Shown here in pieces: positions 36,901 through 47,872 of a stretch of DNA of 64,000 bases. The stretch's first letter is position 1; each line of letters opens with the position of its first letter. The translations under genes were made by a program, and so were the position numbers. The notes under the pieces were generated by a model. The model did not search any database, had not been told where the DNA came from, and saw only the letters and a list, made by a program, of their open reading frames with translations. Source of the stretch: Sporichthyaceae bacterium (lineage in GTDB: Bacteria > Actinomycetota > Actinomycetes > Sporichthyales > Sporichthyaceae); assembly GCA_036268355.1 (NCBI GenBank), contig DATAUG010000261.1:9092-73091 (forward strand). Direction: 5' to 3'.

Positions 36901-38385
36901 GTGCGGGGGCGATGGGCGAGCGGGTGCCTCGCGCTGGCCCTGACCCTGGTGGCGGGTTCGGCCGCTGCGCAGCAGACCCCGGGCCCGCAACCGGCCACGC
37001 CACCGGCCGCCACCACCGTCGAGGACTTGACCCCGGTCCTGCCCGGACAAGGTCTGGCACCGACCGCGGCCGGGCTGGCGAGTCGACTGGCCAACCTGCT
37101 CACCAACTCCGCGCTCGGGCCGCACTTCGGCCTCCAGCTGACCGACGTCGGCAGCGGCACCCCGCTGTACGGCGTCAACGGCAACGATCCGTTCGCCCCG
37201 GCGTCGGTGACCAAGGTGCTGACCGCCGCGGCAACCCTGGTCACCCTCGGCCCGGACACGCGGCTGCACACCTGCGTGATGCTCCTGCCGGCCGCCGCGA
37301 CCCCGGCCCCCATCCCCCCGGTGTCACCCGGGCCGTCGTTCCCACCCGGCCCGTCGCTGGAACCCGGGCCCCCGGTCTCGCCCGGGCCGACGGCGGCGCC
37401 GCTCCCGGAACGCACCGTGGTCCTGATCGGCGGCGGCGACCCGTTGCTGACGTCGTTGCCGACCGGCAGCGACGAGCTGCCCGCCTACCCGCAGCGCGCC
37501 CACCTCGACGACCTCGCGATCCAGACGGCGCAGGGCCTGCGCAACGTCGGCATCGACCGGATTCGGCTGCGTTACGACTCGTCGTTCTTCAGCGGCCCGG
37601 CCGCCTCGCCGCAATGGGTGCACAGCTACACCTCCGACGTGGTCGGCCCGGTTGTCGCGTTGTCCGCCGACGCCGGCCGCGCGCAGCCGGAGAACGAGGG
37701 CCGGGTGGCCGACCCGGCGGCGCACACCGCGGCGTTGTTCGCCGCCCAGTTGCGGCAGGCCGGGGTCACCGTGCTGGACAAGCCCGCCCCGCAGGTCGCG
37801 CCACCCGGCGTCCCGACCATCGGCGACGTCGCCTCGGCGCCGCTGGGCGCGATGCTGGAGTGGATGCTCGTCCAGAGCGACAACGACGTGGCCGAGGCGA
37901 TGGCCCGCCAGGTCGCGATCCACGACGGGCGGCCGGCCACGTTCACCGACGGCGCGGCCGCGGTGCGTGCCGAGGTCAGCAAGCTTGGCGTCGACCTGAC
38001 CGGGGTCACCACCTACGACGGAAGCGGCCTGTCGCGGGAGGACCGGATCCCGCCGCGGGTGCTGGCCCAGACCCTCGCTGCCGCGGCCTCGGGGCCGAAC
38101 CAGGTGCTGCGGGTGCTCACCGGCGGGCTGGCCGTGGCCGGTGTGAACGGCACCCTGATGCTGCACTTCTACGACCCGCGCTCGATGGCGGCCCGCGGCA
38201 TCCTGCGTGCCAAGAGCGGCAGTCTGCAGGGGGTGGTCTCACTGACCGGGATCCTGCCCGACGCCGACGGCCGGCTGCTCACCTTCGCGGCGATCGCCGA
38301 CGACGTGGCCCCCGGCGAGGGCCTGGCGGCGCGGGTGGCGATCGAACGCATCGCGGCCGCGCTGCTGTCCTGCGGCTGTCGCTGA
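36901..38385 (+). CDS. dacB: D-alanyl-D-alanine carboxypeptidase/endopeptidase (PBP4 family)
   Basis: C-terminal 494 aa of ORF 34936..38385 with signal peptide VRGRWASGCLALALTLVAGSAAA, SxxK as PASVTK, and later SDN(D) and KSG(S) boxes. The preceding 650 aa of the ORF are antisense to ppa and the lipoprotein gene. Confidence 0.85.
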   Translation: MRGRWASGCLALALTLVAGSAAAQQTPGPQPATPPAATTVEDLTPVLPGQGLAPTAAGLASRLANLLTNSALGPHFGLQLTDVGSGTPLYGVNGNDPFAPASVTKVLTAAATLVTLGPDTRLHTCVMLLPAAATPAPIPPVSPGPSFPPGPSLEPGPPVSPGPTAAPLPERTVVLIGGGDPLLTSLPTGSDELPAYPQRAHLDDLAIQTAQGLRNVGIDRIRLRYDSSFFSGPAASPQWVHSYTSDVVGPVVALSADAGRAQPENEGRVADPAAHTAALFAAQLRQAGVTVLDKPAPQVAPPGVPTIGDVASAPLGAMLEWMLVQSDNDVAEAMARQVAIHDGRPATFTDGAAAVRAEVSKLGVDLTGVTTYDGSGLSREDRIPPRVLAQTLAAAASGPNQVLRVLTGGLAVAGVNGTLMLHFYDPRSMAARGILRAKSGSLQGVVSLTGILPDADGRLLTFAAIADDVAPGEGLAARVAIERIAAALLSCGCR

Positions 38386-38421
38386 GGCCTGCGCCGCCCG
38401 TTACCGCCCGAGCCCGCATCT

Positions 38422-38474
38422 TCTGGCGTGTCCCGCGCCCTTCCGGCGACCGGAAGGGCGCGCGACACGCCAGA
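38422..38474 (+). terminator. 25-bp-stem hairpin (one mismatch, 3-nt loop) after dacB
   Basis: TCTGGCGTGTCCCGCGCCCTTCCGG-CGA-CCGGAAGGGCGCGCGACACGCCAGA, with an additional outer CCCGAGC/GCTCGGG pairing. Begins 37 nt after the dacB stop. Confidence 0.5.
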
Positions 38475-38549
38475 GGACGGGGACAGGCGCGGCCTTACCC
38501 GCTCGGGTCTCCCGGCGCGTCCGGTGCGATCGGCGGTTACGGTGGGGCC

Positions 38550-39680
38550 GTGAACAGCGGTGGGGAAACGAACGTTGTTGTCGACTGGGACTTGGCTCGG
38601 TCGATCGGCAAGCGGCTGGTGGCTCGATCGCCGTCGGTATCCCCGTTCGAAGCCATCGAGGTCGTTGATCAGCTGCGTCGATTCGCGGTCGAATCGGCGG
38701 AGCACGTTTCGGCCTTCACCGGTCTGAGCGCCCCGGACCCCGGGCCGCCAACACTCGTCGTGGACCGGCAGCGCTGGTTGGACGTGAACGTCGATGCCTT
38801 CGCGGTCCAGGTCCAGCCGCTGCTGGACAAGATCGCGGCGAGCCGCTCCGGCCAGATCGCCGGCGCCGTGGGCGCGGTCGGCCGCCGGGCCACCGCTTTC
38901 GAGATCGGGTTCCTGCTGTCGTTCATCGGCTCCCGGGTGCTCGGTCAGTACGAGCCGTTCCTGCCCTCGATCGGTGAGGGCGCGAGCGAACACGGGACGC
39001 TGCTGTTGGTGGCGCCGAACGTGGTCGCTGCCGAGCGCGACATGCGGCTGTCGCCGGCGGACTTCCGCCGTTGGGTCTGCCTGCACGAGGAGACCCATCG
39101 GGTGCAGTTCACCGCGGTGCCCTGGATGCGCGAACACGTCGCCGGTCTGGTGCGACAGTTCCTGTTGGCCACCGAGGTGGACCCGGGCGTGGTTGTCACC
39201 TGGGCCAACAACGTCGCCCGCGCCGCCGGCGACGTCGTGCGTGGGAAGGCCGCGTTCAGCCTCGTCGATCTGGTCACGAACCCGGACCAGCGGCGCGTGA
39301 TGGACCAGCTCACCGCGTTGATGAGCGTGCTGGAGGGCCACGCGGAGTTCGTCATGGACGGGGTCGGGCCGAGCGTCGTGCCGACGGTCGCCGAGATCCG
39401 AACCGCCTTCAACGCCCGCCGTGCCGGGCGGTCCAGCCTCGACACGCTGTTGCGTCACCTACTCGGCCTGGAGGCGAAGATGCGGCAGTACCGCGACGGA
39501 GAGCGATTCGTCTCCGCGGTCGTCGACCGGGTCGGAATGGCGGGCTTCAACGAGGTGTGGGCCGCGCCGGCCAACCTGCCCTCGCTGTCCGAGCTGCACG
39601 ACCCGGCGGCCTGGGTGGCCCGGGTGCACGCCGCGGGTGCGCCGGTCGCGCCGGTCGCGGCCGCGCACGACGGCCGGTGA
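38550..39680 (+). CDS. Zinc-dependent metalloprotease (DUF2342/TIGR03624-type hydrolase)
   Basis: GTG 38550 within ORF 36912..39680, with HExxH as CLHEETHRVQF. Same position as the conserved hypothetical gene between dacB and tilS in mycobacteria. Confidence 0.78.
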   Translation: MNSGGETNVVVDWDLARSIGKRLVARSPSVSPFEAIEVVDQLRRFAVESAEHVSAFTGLSAPDPGPPTLVVDRQRWLDVNVDAFAVQVQPLLDKIAASRSGQIAGAVGAVGRRATAFEIGFLLSFIGSRVLGQYEPFLPSIGEGASEHGTLLLVAPNVVAAERDMRLSPADFRRWVCLHEETHRVQFTAVPWMREHVAGLVRQFLLATEVDPGVVVTWANNVARAAGDVVRGKAAFSLVDLVTNPDQRRVMDQLTALMSVLEGHAEFVMDGVGPSVVPTVAEIRTAFNARRAGRSSLDTLLRHLLGLEAKMRQYRDGERFVSAVVDRVGMAGFNEVWAAPANLPSLSELHDPAAWVARVHAAGAPVAPVAAAHDGR

Positions 39681-39772
39681 CGGCGTCCGTAGGTCGGGCG
39701 GCCGGACCCGGTGGTGGCCGCGGTATGCGTGGCCGCGGTGTGCACCGCGGCGATGGGTGACGGAGTCCACCC

Positions 39773-40747
39773 ATGGGGCCGCACCCAGCGGTCGCGGCGG
39801 TTCGCAACGCCGTCCATGCGGCGCTGAGTGACCTGCCCGCGGGCTGCCTGGTGCTCGTCGCGTGCAGTGGCGGGGCGGACTCGCTCGCGTTGGCCGCCGC
39901 GGCGGCGTTCGTCGGTCCGCGTGCGACTCTGCGAATCGGCGGGGTGTCCGTGGACCACGGCCTGCAGGACGGTTCGGCGGAACGCGCCGAGGCAGTGGCC
40001 CAGCAGTTGCGCACCCTGGGGCTGGCTCCGGTGGAGGCCTGCCGGGTCACGGTCGGCACCGCCGGCGGACCGGAGGCCGCCGCGCGAGCGGCGCGTTACC
40101 GGGCGCTGGACGCCGCGGCCGACCGGTTGGCCGCCACCACGGTCCTGCTCGGGCACACCGCCGACGACCAGGCCGAGACCGTACTGCTCGGCCTGGCTCG
40201 TGGCTCGGGAGCGCGGTCGCTGGCCGGCATGGCCCCGGTGGCCGGCCGTTACCGTCGACCGTTCCTGGACCTGCCTCGGCGGCTGGTCCGCGAGGCCTGT
40301 GTCGCGGCGGGGCTGGACGCTTGGGAGGACCCGCACAACCGTGACCCGGCCTTCACCCGGACCCGCGTCCGCGACGCGGCCCTGCCCGCGTTGGAGTCCG
40401 CCCTCGGCCCGGGCGTCGCCGCCGCGCTGGCTCGTACCGCCCGGCTGCTGCGCGCCGACGCCGACGCGTTGGACGCGGTCGCCGAATCCGCCGCGCCGGA
40501 CTGCGTCCGCGACGACGGCTTGGACTGCGTGGCGCTGATGACGTTGCCCGAGGCGATTCGCGGCCGGGTCCTGCGGCGGGCCGCGGTGGCCGCCGGCTGT
40601 CCGGCCGGAGCGCTGGCCGCCGGTCACGTGGCCGCGCTGGACCGGTTGTGTTCGACGGCCGGGCTGGGGCCGGCGCATCTACCCGGTGGCATTCGGGCCA
40701 CCCGTCGGTGTGGGACCCTCGTGCTGTGGCGCCCGCCCGAGGAATGA
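39773..40747 (+). CDS. tilS: tRNA(Ile)-lysidine synthase
   Basis: PP-loop [27 protein letters not shown]. Confidence 0.88.
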   Translation: MGPHPAVAAVRNAVHAALSDLPAGCLVLVACSGGADSLALAAAAAFVGPRATLRIGGVSVDHGLQDGSAERAEAVAQQLRTLGLAPVEACRVTVGTAGGPEAAARAARYRALDAAADRLAATTVLLGHTADDQAETVLLGLARGSGARSLAGMAPVAGRYRRPFLDLPRRLVREACVAAGLDAWEDPHNRDPAFTRTRVRDAALPALESALGPGVAAALARTARLLRADADALDAVAESAAPDCVRDDGLDCVALMTLPEAIRGRVLRRAAVAAGCPAGALAAGHVAALDRLCSTAGLGPAHLPGGIRATRRCGTLVLWRPPEE

Positions 40748-40757
40748 GACTGCCGGC

Positions 40758-41309
40758 ATGAACTGCGCGGACGTGTCCGGCGAGATCGGCAAAGTGCTGG
40801 TCTCCGCGGAGGAGATCGCCGGCCGCACGCAGGAGTTGGCCGCCCAGATCGACGCCGACTACGCCGGCCGTGACCTGCTGCTGGTCGGTGTGCTCAAGGG
40901 TGCCGTGATGGTCATGGCCGACCTGGCCCGGGCGCTGTCGCACCCGGTGGAGATGGACTGGATGGCGGTGTCCTCCTACGGGTCGGGCACCAAGTCCTCC
41001 GGGGTCGTGCGCATCCTCAAGGACCTCGACCTGGACCTGTCCGGGCGCAACGTGCTGGTCGTCGAGGACATCATCGACTCGGGGCTGACCCTGTCCTGGC
41101 TGTTGGCCAACCTGTCCTCGCGCGGACCGGCCAGCCTGGAGGTGTTCGCGATGCTCCGCAAGCCGGACGCCACCAAGGTCGACGTCCCGGTGCGGTATCT
41201 CGGGTTCGACATCCCCAACGAGTTCGTGGTCGGCTACGGGTTGGACTACCGCGAGCGGTATCGCAACCTGCCGTTCGTGGCGACGCTGGACGACTCGGCC
41301 TTCGACTGA
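40758..41309 (+). CDS. hpt: Hypoxanthine-guanine phosphoribosyltransferase
   Basis: ATG 40758. [16 protein letters not shown] and the PRPP motif [15 protein letters not shown]. Confidence 0.92.
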   Translation: MNCADVSGEIGKVLVSAEEIAGRTQELAAQIDADYAGRDLLLVGVLKGAVMVMADLARALSHPVEMDWMAVSSYGSGTKSSGVVRILKDLDLDLSGRNVLVVEDIIDSGLTLSWLLANLSSRGPASLEVFAMLRKPDATKVDVPVRYLGFDIPNEFVVGYGLDYRERYRNLPFVATLDDSAFD

Positions 41310-41571
41310 CCCGCGGGCCCGCAATCGCAATGCCGCCCGACGGTAATCGGTCCTCGTCCGGGTTCCGGCCCGGAGCCCGACCATCCCGGTCCGGCCCGCA
41401 CGCGGCGACCCGGAACGGCCGAACATATCGGTCCCGCTCGTGGTCAGGGCGCAGATGCCCTCACCGGTGTACCGTCGTAGCTCTTAGGGTGGATCTAGAC
41501 CGCCCCGGCGCGTCGCGCTCCGGCGCACCGGCACGAACGGGTCAGGAGGAAGGGGCGCGCAGCCCCACACG

Positions 41572-43620
<2,049 letters not shown>

Positions 43621-43649
43621 CCCGACTCCTGTGCTCCGGTCACCGTCGA

Positions 43650-43678
43650 CAGCCGGCCCCTCACGCGGGGGCCGGCTG
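43650..43678 (+). terminator. Stem-loop after ftsH (11-bp GC stem)
   Basis: CAGCCGGCCCC-TCACGCG-GGGGCCGGCTG followed by TT, 30 nt after the stop. Confidence 0.5.
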
Positions 43679-43789
43679 TTCGCATTGGATGCCCATCCCC
43701 AAGGGTTACCGGGTCAGCCCTCTTGCCGGCCGCCAGGACGTCCCAGCGGCCGGCGTCCCACCGGAAGGCCCGGCACATAAGCTGGCGAT

Positions 43790-44419
43790 GTGGTCAACCC
43801 GATCTCGGTGAACCAGTCGTTCGTGGGCGCCGCCGCGGAGCGGCCCTATGACGCCAAGCGGGTCGAGGACGCGGTGCGCGAGATCCTCTACGCGATCGGT
43901 GAGGACCCGGACCGCGACGGGCTGCGGGAGACCCCCGCCCGGGTCGCCCGCGCCTACGCCGAGATGTTCGCCGGGATGTGGCAGTGCCCGGTCGAGGTCC
44001 TGAACACCACCTTCGACATCGGCCATGACGAGTTGATCCTGGTCCGCGACATCGAGCTGTTCTCCTGCTGCGAGCACCACCTCGTCCCGTTCCACGGCGT
44101 GGCGCACGTTGGCTACATCCCGGCCGCCGAGGGCAAGATCACCGGGCTGTCGAAGCTCGCCCGGCTGGTCGACGTCTACGCCCGCCGGCCTCAGGTCCAG
44201 GAGCGGCTGACCACCCAGATCGCCGACGCGTTGATGCGCATCCTGGAGCCGCAGGGCGCGATCGTGGTGGTCGAGGCCGAGCACTTGTGCATGACCATGC
44301 GCGGCGTTCGGAAGCCGGGCGCCCGCACGATTACCTCGGCCGTCCGCGGGGTGCTGCTGAACGAGGCCACCCGCGCCGAGGCGATGAGCCTGATCCTGCA
44401 GGGCGGCCGCGGGCGCTGA
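43790..44419 (+). CDS. folE: GTP cyclohydrolase I
   Basis: 209 aa with [19 protein letters not shown] and RPQVQERLT. Confidence 0.93.
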   Translation: MVNPISVNQSFVGAAAERPYDAKRVEDAVREILYAIGEDPDRDGLRETPARVARAYAEMFAGMWQCPVEVLNTTFDIGHDELILVRDIELFSCCEHHLVPFHGVAHVGYIPAAEGKITGLSKLARLVDVYARRPQVQERLTTQIADALMRILEPQGAIVVVEAEHLCMTMRGVRKPGARTITSAVRGVLLNEATRAEAMSLILQGGRGR

Positions 44420-44433
44420 GCCCGCCCCCCTCC

Positions 44434-44540
44434 TTCCCGATGGGGTGACACCCCCCGTTCCCGATGGGGTGACACCCCCTCGGGACGTAGCCCTCGGCGT
44501 GTCGAGAGCGTTTCGCGCCCTTTGGGGGTGTCACCCCGTG
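44434..44540. repeat. Second locus of the GGGGTGACACCCC element (2 direct copies + 1 inverted copy)
   Basis: TTCCCGATGGGGTGACACCCCC at 44434 and 44458 (24-bp period), with palindromes at 44442-44454 and 44466-44478. The opposite-centre copy GGGGTGTCACCCCGTG is at 44525-44540. Lies in the folE-folP intergenic region. Confidence 0.9.
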
Positions 44541-44595
44541 TTGCACGAACTCACCTCCCCGGGGGGTTTGGGCCAAGCCCACTAGGGTTCGGCGG

Positions 44596-45447
44596 GTGGC
44601 GGCGGCTGTCCGACTGATCGCGCCGGGACTGCCGGTCCTCGACCGTTGCCTGGTCATGGGCGTGGTCAACGTGACGCCGGACTCGTTCTCCGACGGCGGC
44701 CGGTTCTTCGACCCCGACACCGCGGTGGCCCACGGGTTGGCGATGCTCACGCAGGGCGCTGACCTGATCGACGTGGGCGGGGAGTCCACCCGGCCGGGGG
44801 CCGGGCGGGTGGAGCCGGTGGAGGAGTTGCGCCGGGTCGTGCCGGTGGTGGCCGCGTTGAGCGTGGCCGGGGCGTTCGTCGCGGTCGACACGACGCGCGC
44901 TGCGGTCGCCCAGGCGGCACTGGCCGCCGGCGCGCGGATGGTCAACGACATCAGCGGCGGGCTCGCCGACCCGGCGATGGTGCCGCTGGTAGCCGCGGCC
45001 CGCGTACCGTACGTCCTCATGCATTGGCGTGGCCCGAGCGCGGACATGTCCTCGCGTGCGGTGTACAACGACGTCGTGACCGACGTGCACGCCGAACTGC
45101 GGCAACGACTCGACGCCGTCGTGACGGCCGGGGTGGATCCGGAGCTGGTGGTGCTCGACCCCGGCCTGGGTTTCGCAAAGACCGCCGAGCACAACTGGGC
45201 GTTGCTGCACGGCCTGCGGCGACTGACCGATCTGGGCCGGCCGGTGCTGGTCGCCGCGTCCCGCAAGGCGTTCCTCGGCCGACTGCTCGGGGACGGCGAG
45301 GTCCTGCGCGATCCGCCGGGCCGCGACGACGCCACCGCGGCCACCTCCGCGCTGGCGGCGGCCGCGGGCGCGTGGTGCGTCCGCGTCCACGCCGTCCGTC
45401 GGTCCCGGGACGCCGTCGAGGTCGCGGCGCGTTGGGTACACGGATGA
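44596..45447 (+). CDS. folP: Dihydropteroate synthase
   Basis: 283 aa with GVVNVTPDSFSDGG, DVGGESTRPG and the pterin-binding fold. Confidence 0.92.
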   Translation: MAAAVRLIAPGLPVLDRCLVMGVVNVTPDSFSDGGRFFDPDTAVAHGLAMLTQGADLIDVGGESTRPGAGRVEPVEELRRVVPVVAALSVAGAFVAVDTTRAAVAQAALAAGARMVNDISGGLADPAMVPLVAAARVPYVLMHWRGPSADMSSRAVYNDVVTDVHAELRQRLDAVVTAGVDPELVVLDPGLGFAKTAEHNWALLHGLRRLTDLGRPVLVAASRKAFLGRLLGDGEVLRDPPGRDDATAATSALAAAAGAWCVRVHAVRRSRDAVEVAARWVHG

Positions 45448-45914
45448 CGCCGCAGGCCGATCGGGACACGCTGCTGGAGCTGACCGAGGACCTCTACGCC
45501 GCGTTCGAGAACGCGGACCTGGACCGCATGGGCGCGCTGTGGGCGGACGGCGGGCTGGCGGACTCGGTGATCTGCGTCCATCCCGGGTGGCCGAGCCTGC
45601 GTGGTCGGGAGGAGGTCATGCGCTCCTGGGCCATGATCATGGCTAATACCAGCTACATCCAGTTCGTGCTCACCGACGTCGAGGTGGCGCTCGCCGGGGA
45701 GGTTGCCGTGGTCACCTGCGTGGAGAACATCATCACCGCGGCAGATGAGGAGTCGAACTCCGATCCGACCGCATTTGCAGGCGCCAAAGGCGTGGCCACC
45801 AACGTGTTTCGGAGAACCGGAACGGGGTGGCGTTTGTGGGTGCGGCACGGGTCCCCGGTGCTGTCCGGCGTCGGTGAGGTGGACGAGGTCGGGGGCGTCG
45901 GCCAGGACGGGTGA
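45444..45914 (+). CDS. NTF2-like (SnoaL/DUF4440-type) protein inserted in the folate operon
   Basis: ATG 45444 overlaps the folP TGA (ATGA). ..LYAAFENADLDRMGALWA...CVHPGWPSLRGREEVMRSW... is typical of DUF4440/SnoaL cones. The upstream part of ORF 45024..45914 is out of frame with folP. Confidence 0.65.
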   Translation: MTPQADRDTLLELTEDLYAAFENADLDRMGALWADGGLADSVICVHPGWPSLRGREEVMRSWAMIMANTSYIQFVLTDVEVALAGEVAVVTCVENIITAADEESNSDPTAFAGAKGVATNVFRRTGTGWRLWVRHGSPVLSGVGEVDEVGGVGQDG

Positions 45915-46117
45915 GCGACGGTGTGCCGCGGATCTGGCGGTCACCGAATGCTGAGGAATCCGCCTCATGCCGGCCGGGCCGCCGCCGGGTAGGTTGCTCA
46001 CGAAAGATAGCGGCGAGAGCAACGAGGGTTTCCGCTCGTCGCCGCGCCGATTGAAGTCGGTGGACCACCACCGGGAACAACACCTACGTATGTCGCTTGC
46101 CGCAGAAGGGACGCCGC

Positions 46118-46486
46118 ATGCATCAGCTGGACCGGGTGGCTCTGCGCGGCCTGCGGGGTATCGGCCGCCATGGTGTCCTCGAGACCGAACGGAGGACCGG
46201 CCAGCCGTTCCTGGTCGACGTCGACCTCGGCCTGGACACCCGACCTGCGGCGGGCGCCGACGAGTTGGCGCTCACGGTCGACTACGCCCAGATCGCGACC
46301 GCCGTGGTCGCACTGGTCGAAGGTGAGCCGGTGAACTTGATCGAGACGTTGGCGGAGAGAATTGCTGCGGAGTGTCTGAGCCGGCCGACGGTGCAGACGG
46401 TCGAGATCACCGTCCACAAGCCGGCTGCGCCGGTGACAGTCCCGTTCCAGGACGTATCAGTGACGATCACGCGGAGTCGCTTGTGA
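46118..46486 (+). CDS. folB: Dihydroneopterin aldolase
   Basis: MHQLDRVALRGLRGIGRHGVLETERRTGQPFLVDVDL...DYAQI. AGAAGGGA lies upstream of ATG 46118. Confidence 0.9.
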   Translation: MHQLDRVALRGLRGIGRHGVLETERRTGQPFLVDVDLGLDTRPAAGADELALTVDYAQIATAVVALVEGEPVNLIETLAERIAAECLSRPTVQTVEITVHKPAAPVTVPFQDVSVTITRSRL

Positions 46487-47049
46487 ATGACACCCCGGCG
46501 TACCAGGTCGACGACACCCTCACCGGTCAGCTGCGTCCCATCCGACGTGCCGTGCTGTCCCTGGGCAGCAATTCCGGCGACCGGGCGGCCAATCTGCAGC
46601 ACGCGATCGACGCGATCCTGGACGCGCCGGGGATCTGGGGGCTGTCGGTGTCCCCGGTCTACGAGACCTTGCCGGAGACCGAGGCCGACGGGCCCAAGTT
46701 CCTCAACGCCGTTTTGATCGTCGACACGGAGATGTCCGGGGCGACCCTGCTGGAGCGCTGCCACGCCGTCGAGGAGGCCTTCGGGCGGGCCCGGGTCGGC
46801 CAGAACCGCACCGGCCCACGGCGCCTGGACATGGACGTGATCGCGCTGGCCGACCGGGTGCTCAACGACCCGGCGATAGTCCTGCCGCACCCCAGAGCGC
46901 ACGAGCGGGCTTTCGTGCTGGCCCCGTGGCACGACGTGGAGCCCGACGCGCAACTGCCGCAGCGGGGCAAGATCGCCGACCTGCTGATGGACGTCGACCT
47001 CGGGAGCATCCGGAAGTTGCCCGACATCGTGCTGGAGCTGCCCGCGTGA
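46483..47049 (+). CDS. folK: 2-amino-4-hydroxy-6-hydroxymethyldihydropteridine diphosphokinase (HPPK)
   Basis: GTG 46483 overlaps the folB TGA (GTGA). AVLSLGSNSGDR, FLNAVL, GPRRLDMDVI and LPHPRAHERAFVL. Confidence 0.9.
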   Translation: MNDTPAYQVDDTLTGQLRPIRRAVLSLGSNSGDRAANLQHAIDAILDAPGIWGLSVSPVYETLPETEADGPKFLNAVLIVDTEMSGATLLERCHAVEEAFGRARVGQNRTGPRRLDMDVIALADRVLNDPAIVLPHPRAHERAFVLAPWHDVEPDAQLPQRGKIADLLMDVDLGSIRKLPDIVLELPA

Positions 47050-47063
47050 CGGGCCTCGGGTAA

Positions 47064-47228
47064 AGAGGGTGCCTCGCGTGACAACTGGCCTACTGCGGCG
47101 CGGCCCCGACGCCGCCCGGCGGTGTTGTCGTCGTCGCCGATACAACCCCGGCATCGGCTCCTCCTCCGCCTTGCCGGATCGGCGCCGGTGCTGCGCCTCG
47201 CTACGGCCGGCCACGCGAGACACCCTCT
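47064..47228 (+). repeat. MITE/REP-like palindromic element, copy C (165 bp)
   Basis: AGAGGGTGCCTCGCGTGACAACTGGCCTACTGCGGCG ... GGCCACGCGAGACACCCTCT. The interior matches copy B (GTCGTCGTCGCCGATACAACCCCGG.ATCGGCTCCTCCTCCGCCTTGCCGGATCG.CGCCGGTGCTGC). Begins 15 nt after the folK stop and ends 14 nt before the DUF3180 GTG. Confidence 0.85.
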
Positions 47229-47242
47229 AGGGCCGACCTGCC

Positions 47243-47746
47243 GTGCGACCGACTCGAAGGTGGGTGCTGGCGGCCATCGGTGCGGTGTGCGCATCGATCG
47301 GCTGGGGTGGCGGCCTACTCGTGGACGGTATGGGCAGGCCGCTGCCGGCGGTGCCCAGCTCGGCTCCCTCGGTGCTCGGGCTGTTCGCCGCGATTCTGCT
47401 TGCGCTGGCGCTGAGCACCCGGGCACGCCTGCGGGCCTGGCGCGAGCGACGGCGGGGCGCCAAACCGATGGATCCGCTGAGCATCGCCCGATACGGGGTG
47501 TTGGCCCGAGCCAGCTCGCCGGTGGGCGCCGGCGTGGTCGGGCTGTACGGCGGCTACGCGATCTTCCTGATGCCCGGGCTGGGCCAGTCCGGACATCAGG
47601 AGCTGGAGCGAGGATCGGTACTGGCCGTGGCTGCCGGGGTGGCGCTCGCGGCGGCCGCGCTGTTCCTGGAGCGGGTCTGTCGGCTGCCCGACGACGGCGT
47701 CTCGGACCCCGGAAACCTTCCTCGGCCACGCGACCACGCGCGCTGA
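47243..47746 (+). CDS. DUF3180-like small membrane protein (conserved folK neighbour in actinobacteria)
   Basis: 167 aa with 4 predicted TMS. Position after folK is as in mycobacteria (Rv3605c-like). GTG start. Confidence 0.7.
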   Translation: MRPTRRWVLAAIGAVCASIGWGGGLLVDGMGRPLPAVPSSAPSVLGLFAAILLALALSTRARLRAWRERRRGAKPMDPLSIARYGVLARASSPVGAGVVGLYGGYAIFLMPGLGQSGHQELERGSVLAVAAGVALAAAALFLERVCRLPDDGVSDPGNLPRPRDHAR

Positions 47747-47749
47747 GTC

Positions 47750-47807
47750 AGAGGGTGTCGCACGTGACAACTGGCCTACTGCGGCGCGGCCACGTGCGAC
47801 ACCCTCT
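47750..47807 (+). repeat. MITE/REP-like palindromic element, copy D (minimal form, 58 bp)
   Basis: AGAGGGTGTCGCACGTG-ACAACTGGCCTACTGCGGCGCGGC-CACGTGCGACACCCTCT with perfect 17-bp inverted ends. Starts 4 nt after the DUF3180 stop. Confidence 0.9.
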
Positions 47808-47872
47808 GGTGCTCGCGCGGATTCCCGGCGTGCCTCACTGGAAACTTCTGTCACAGGGGTAACGTTCGGGCC

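Noticed and set aside
36912-38549. First ~545 aa of the 922-aa ORF 36912..39680
   Set aside because: Out of frame with dacB and Arg/Pro/Gly-rich. The metalloprotease homology begins at GTG 38550.
43776-43792. Leaderless folE transcript from a TAAGCT -10-like hexamer 9 nt upstream of the GTG
   Set aside because: Plausible for actinobacteria but it rests on a single hexamer. No -35 or extended -10 support is present, so it was not listed as a feature.
45915-46117. Riboswitch (for example THF-type) ahead of folB
   Set aside because: I see only short generic stem-loops and cannot match any riboswitch consensus by eye. It needs cmscan, so it is mentioned only as part of the fol-operon finding.
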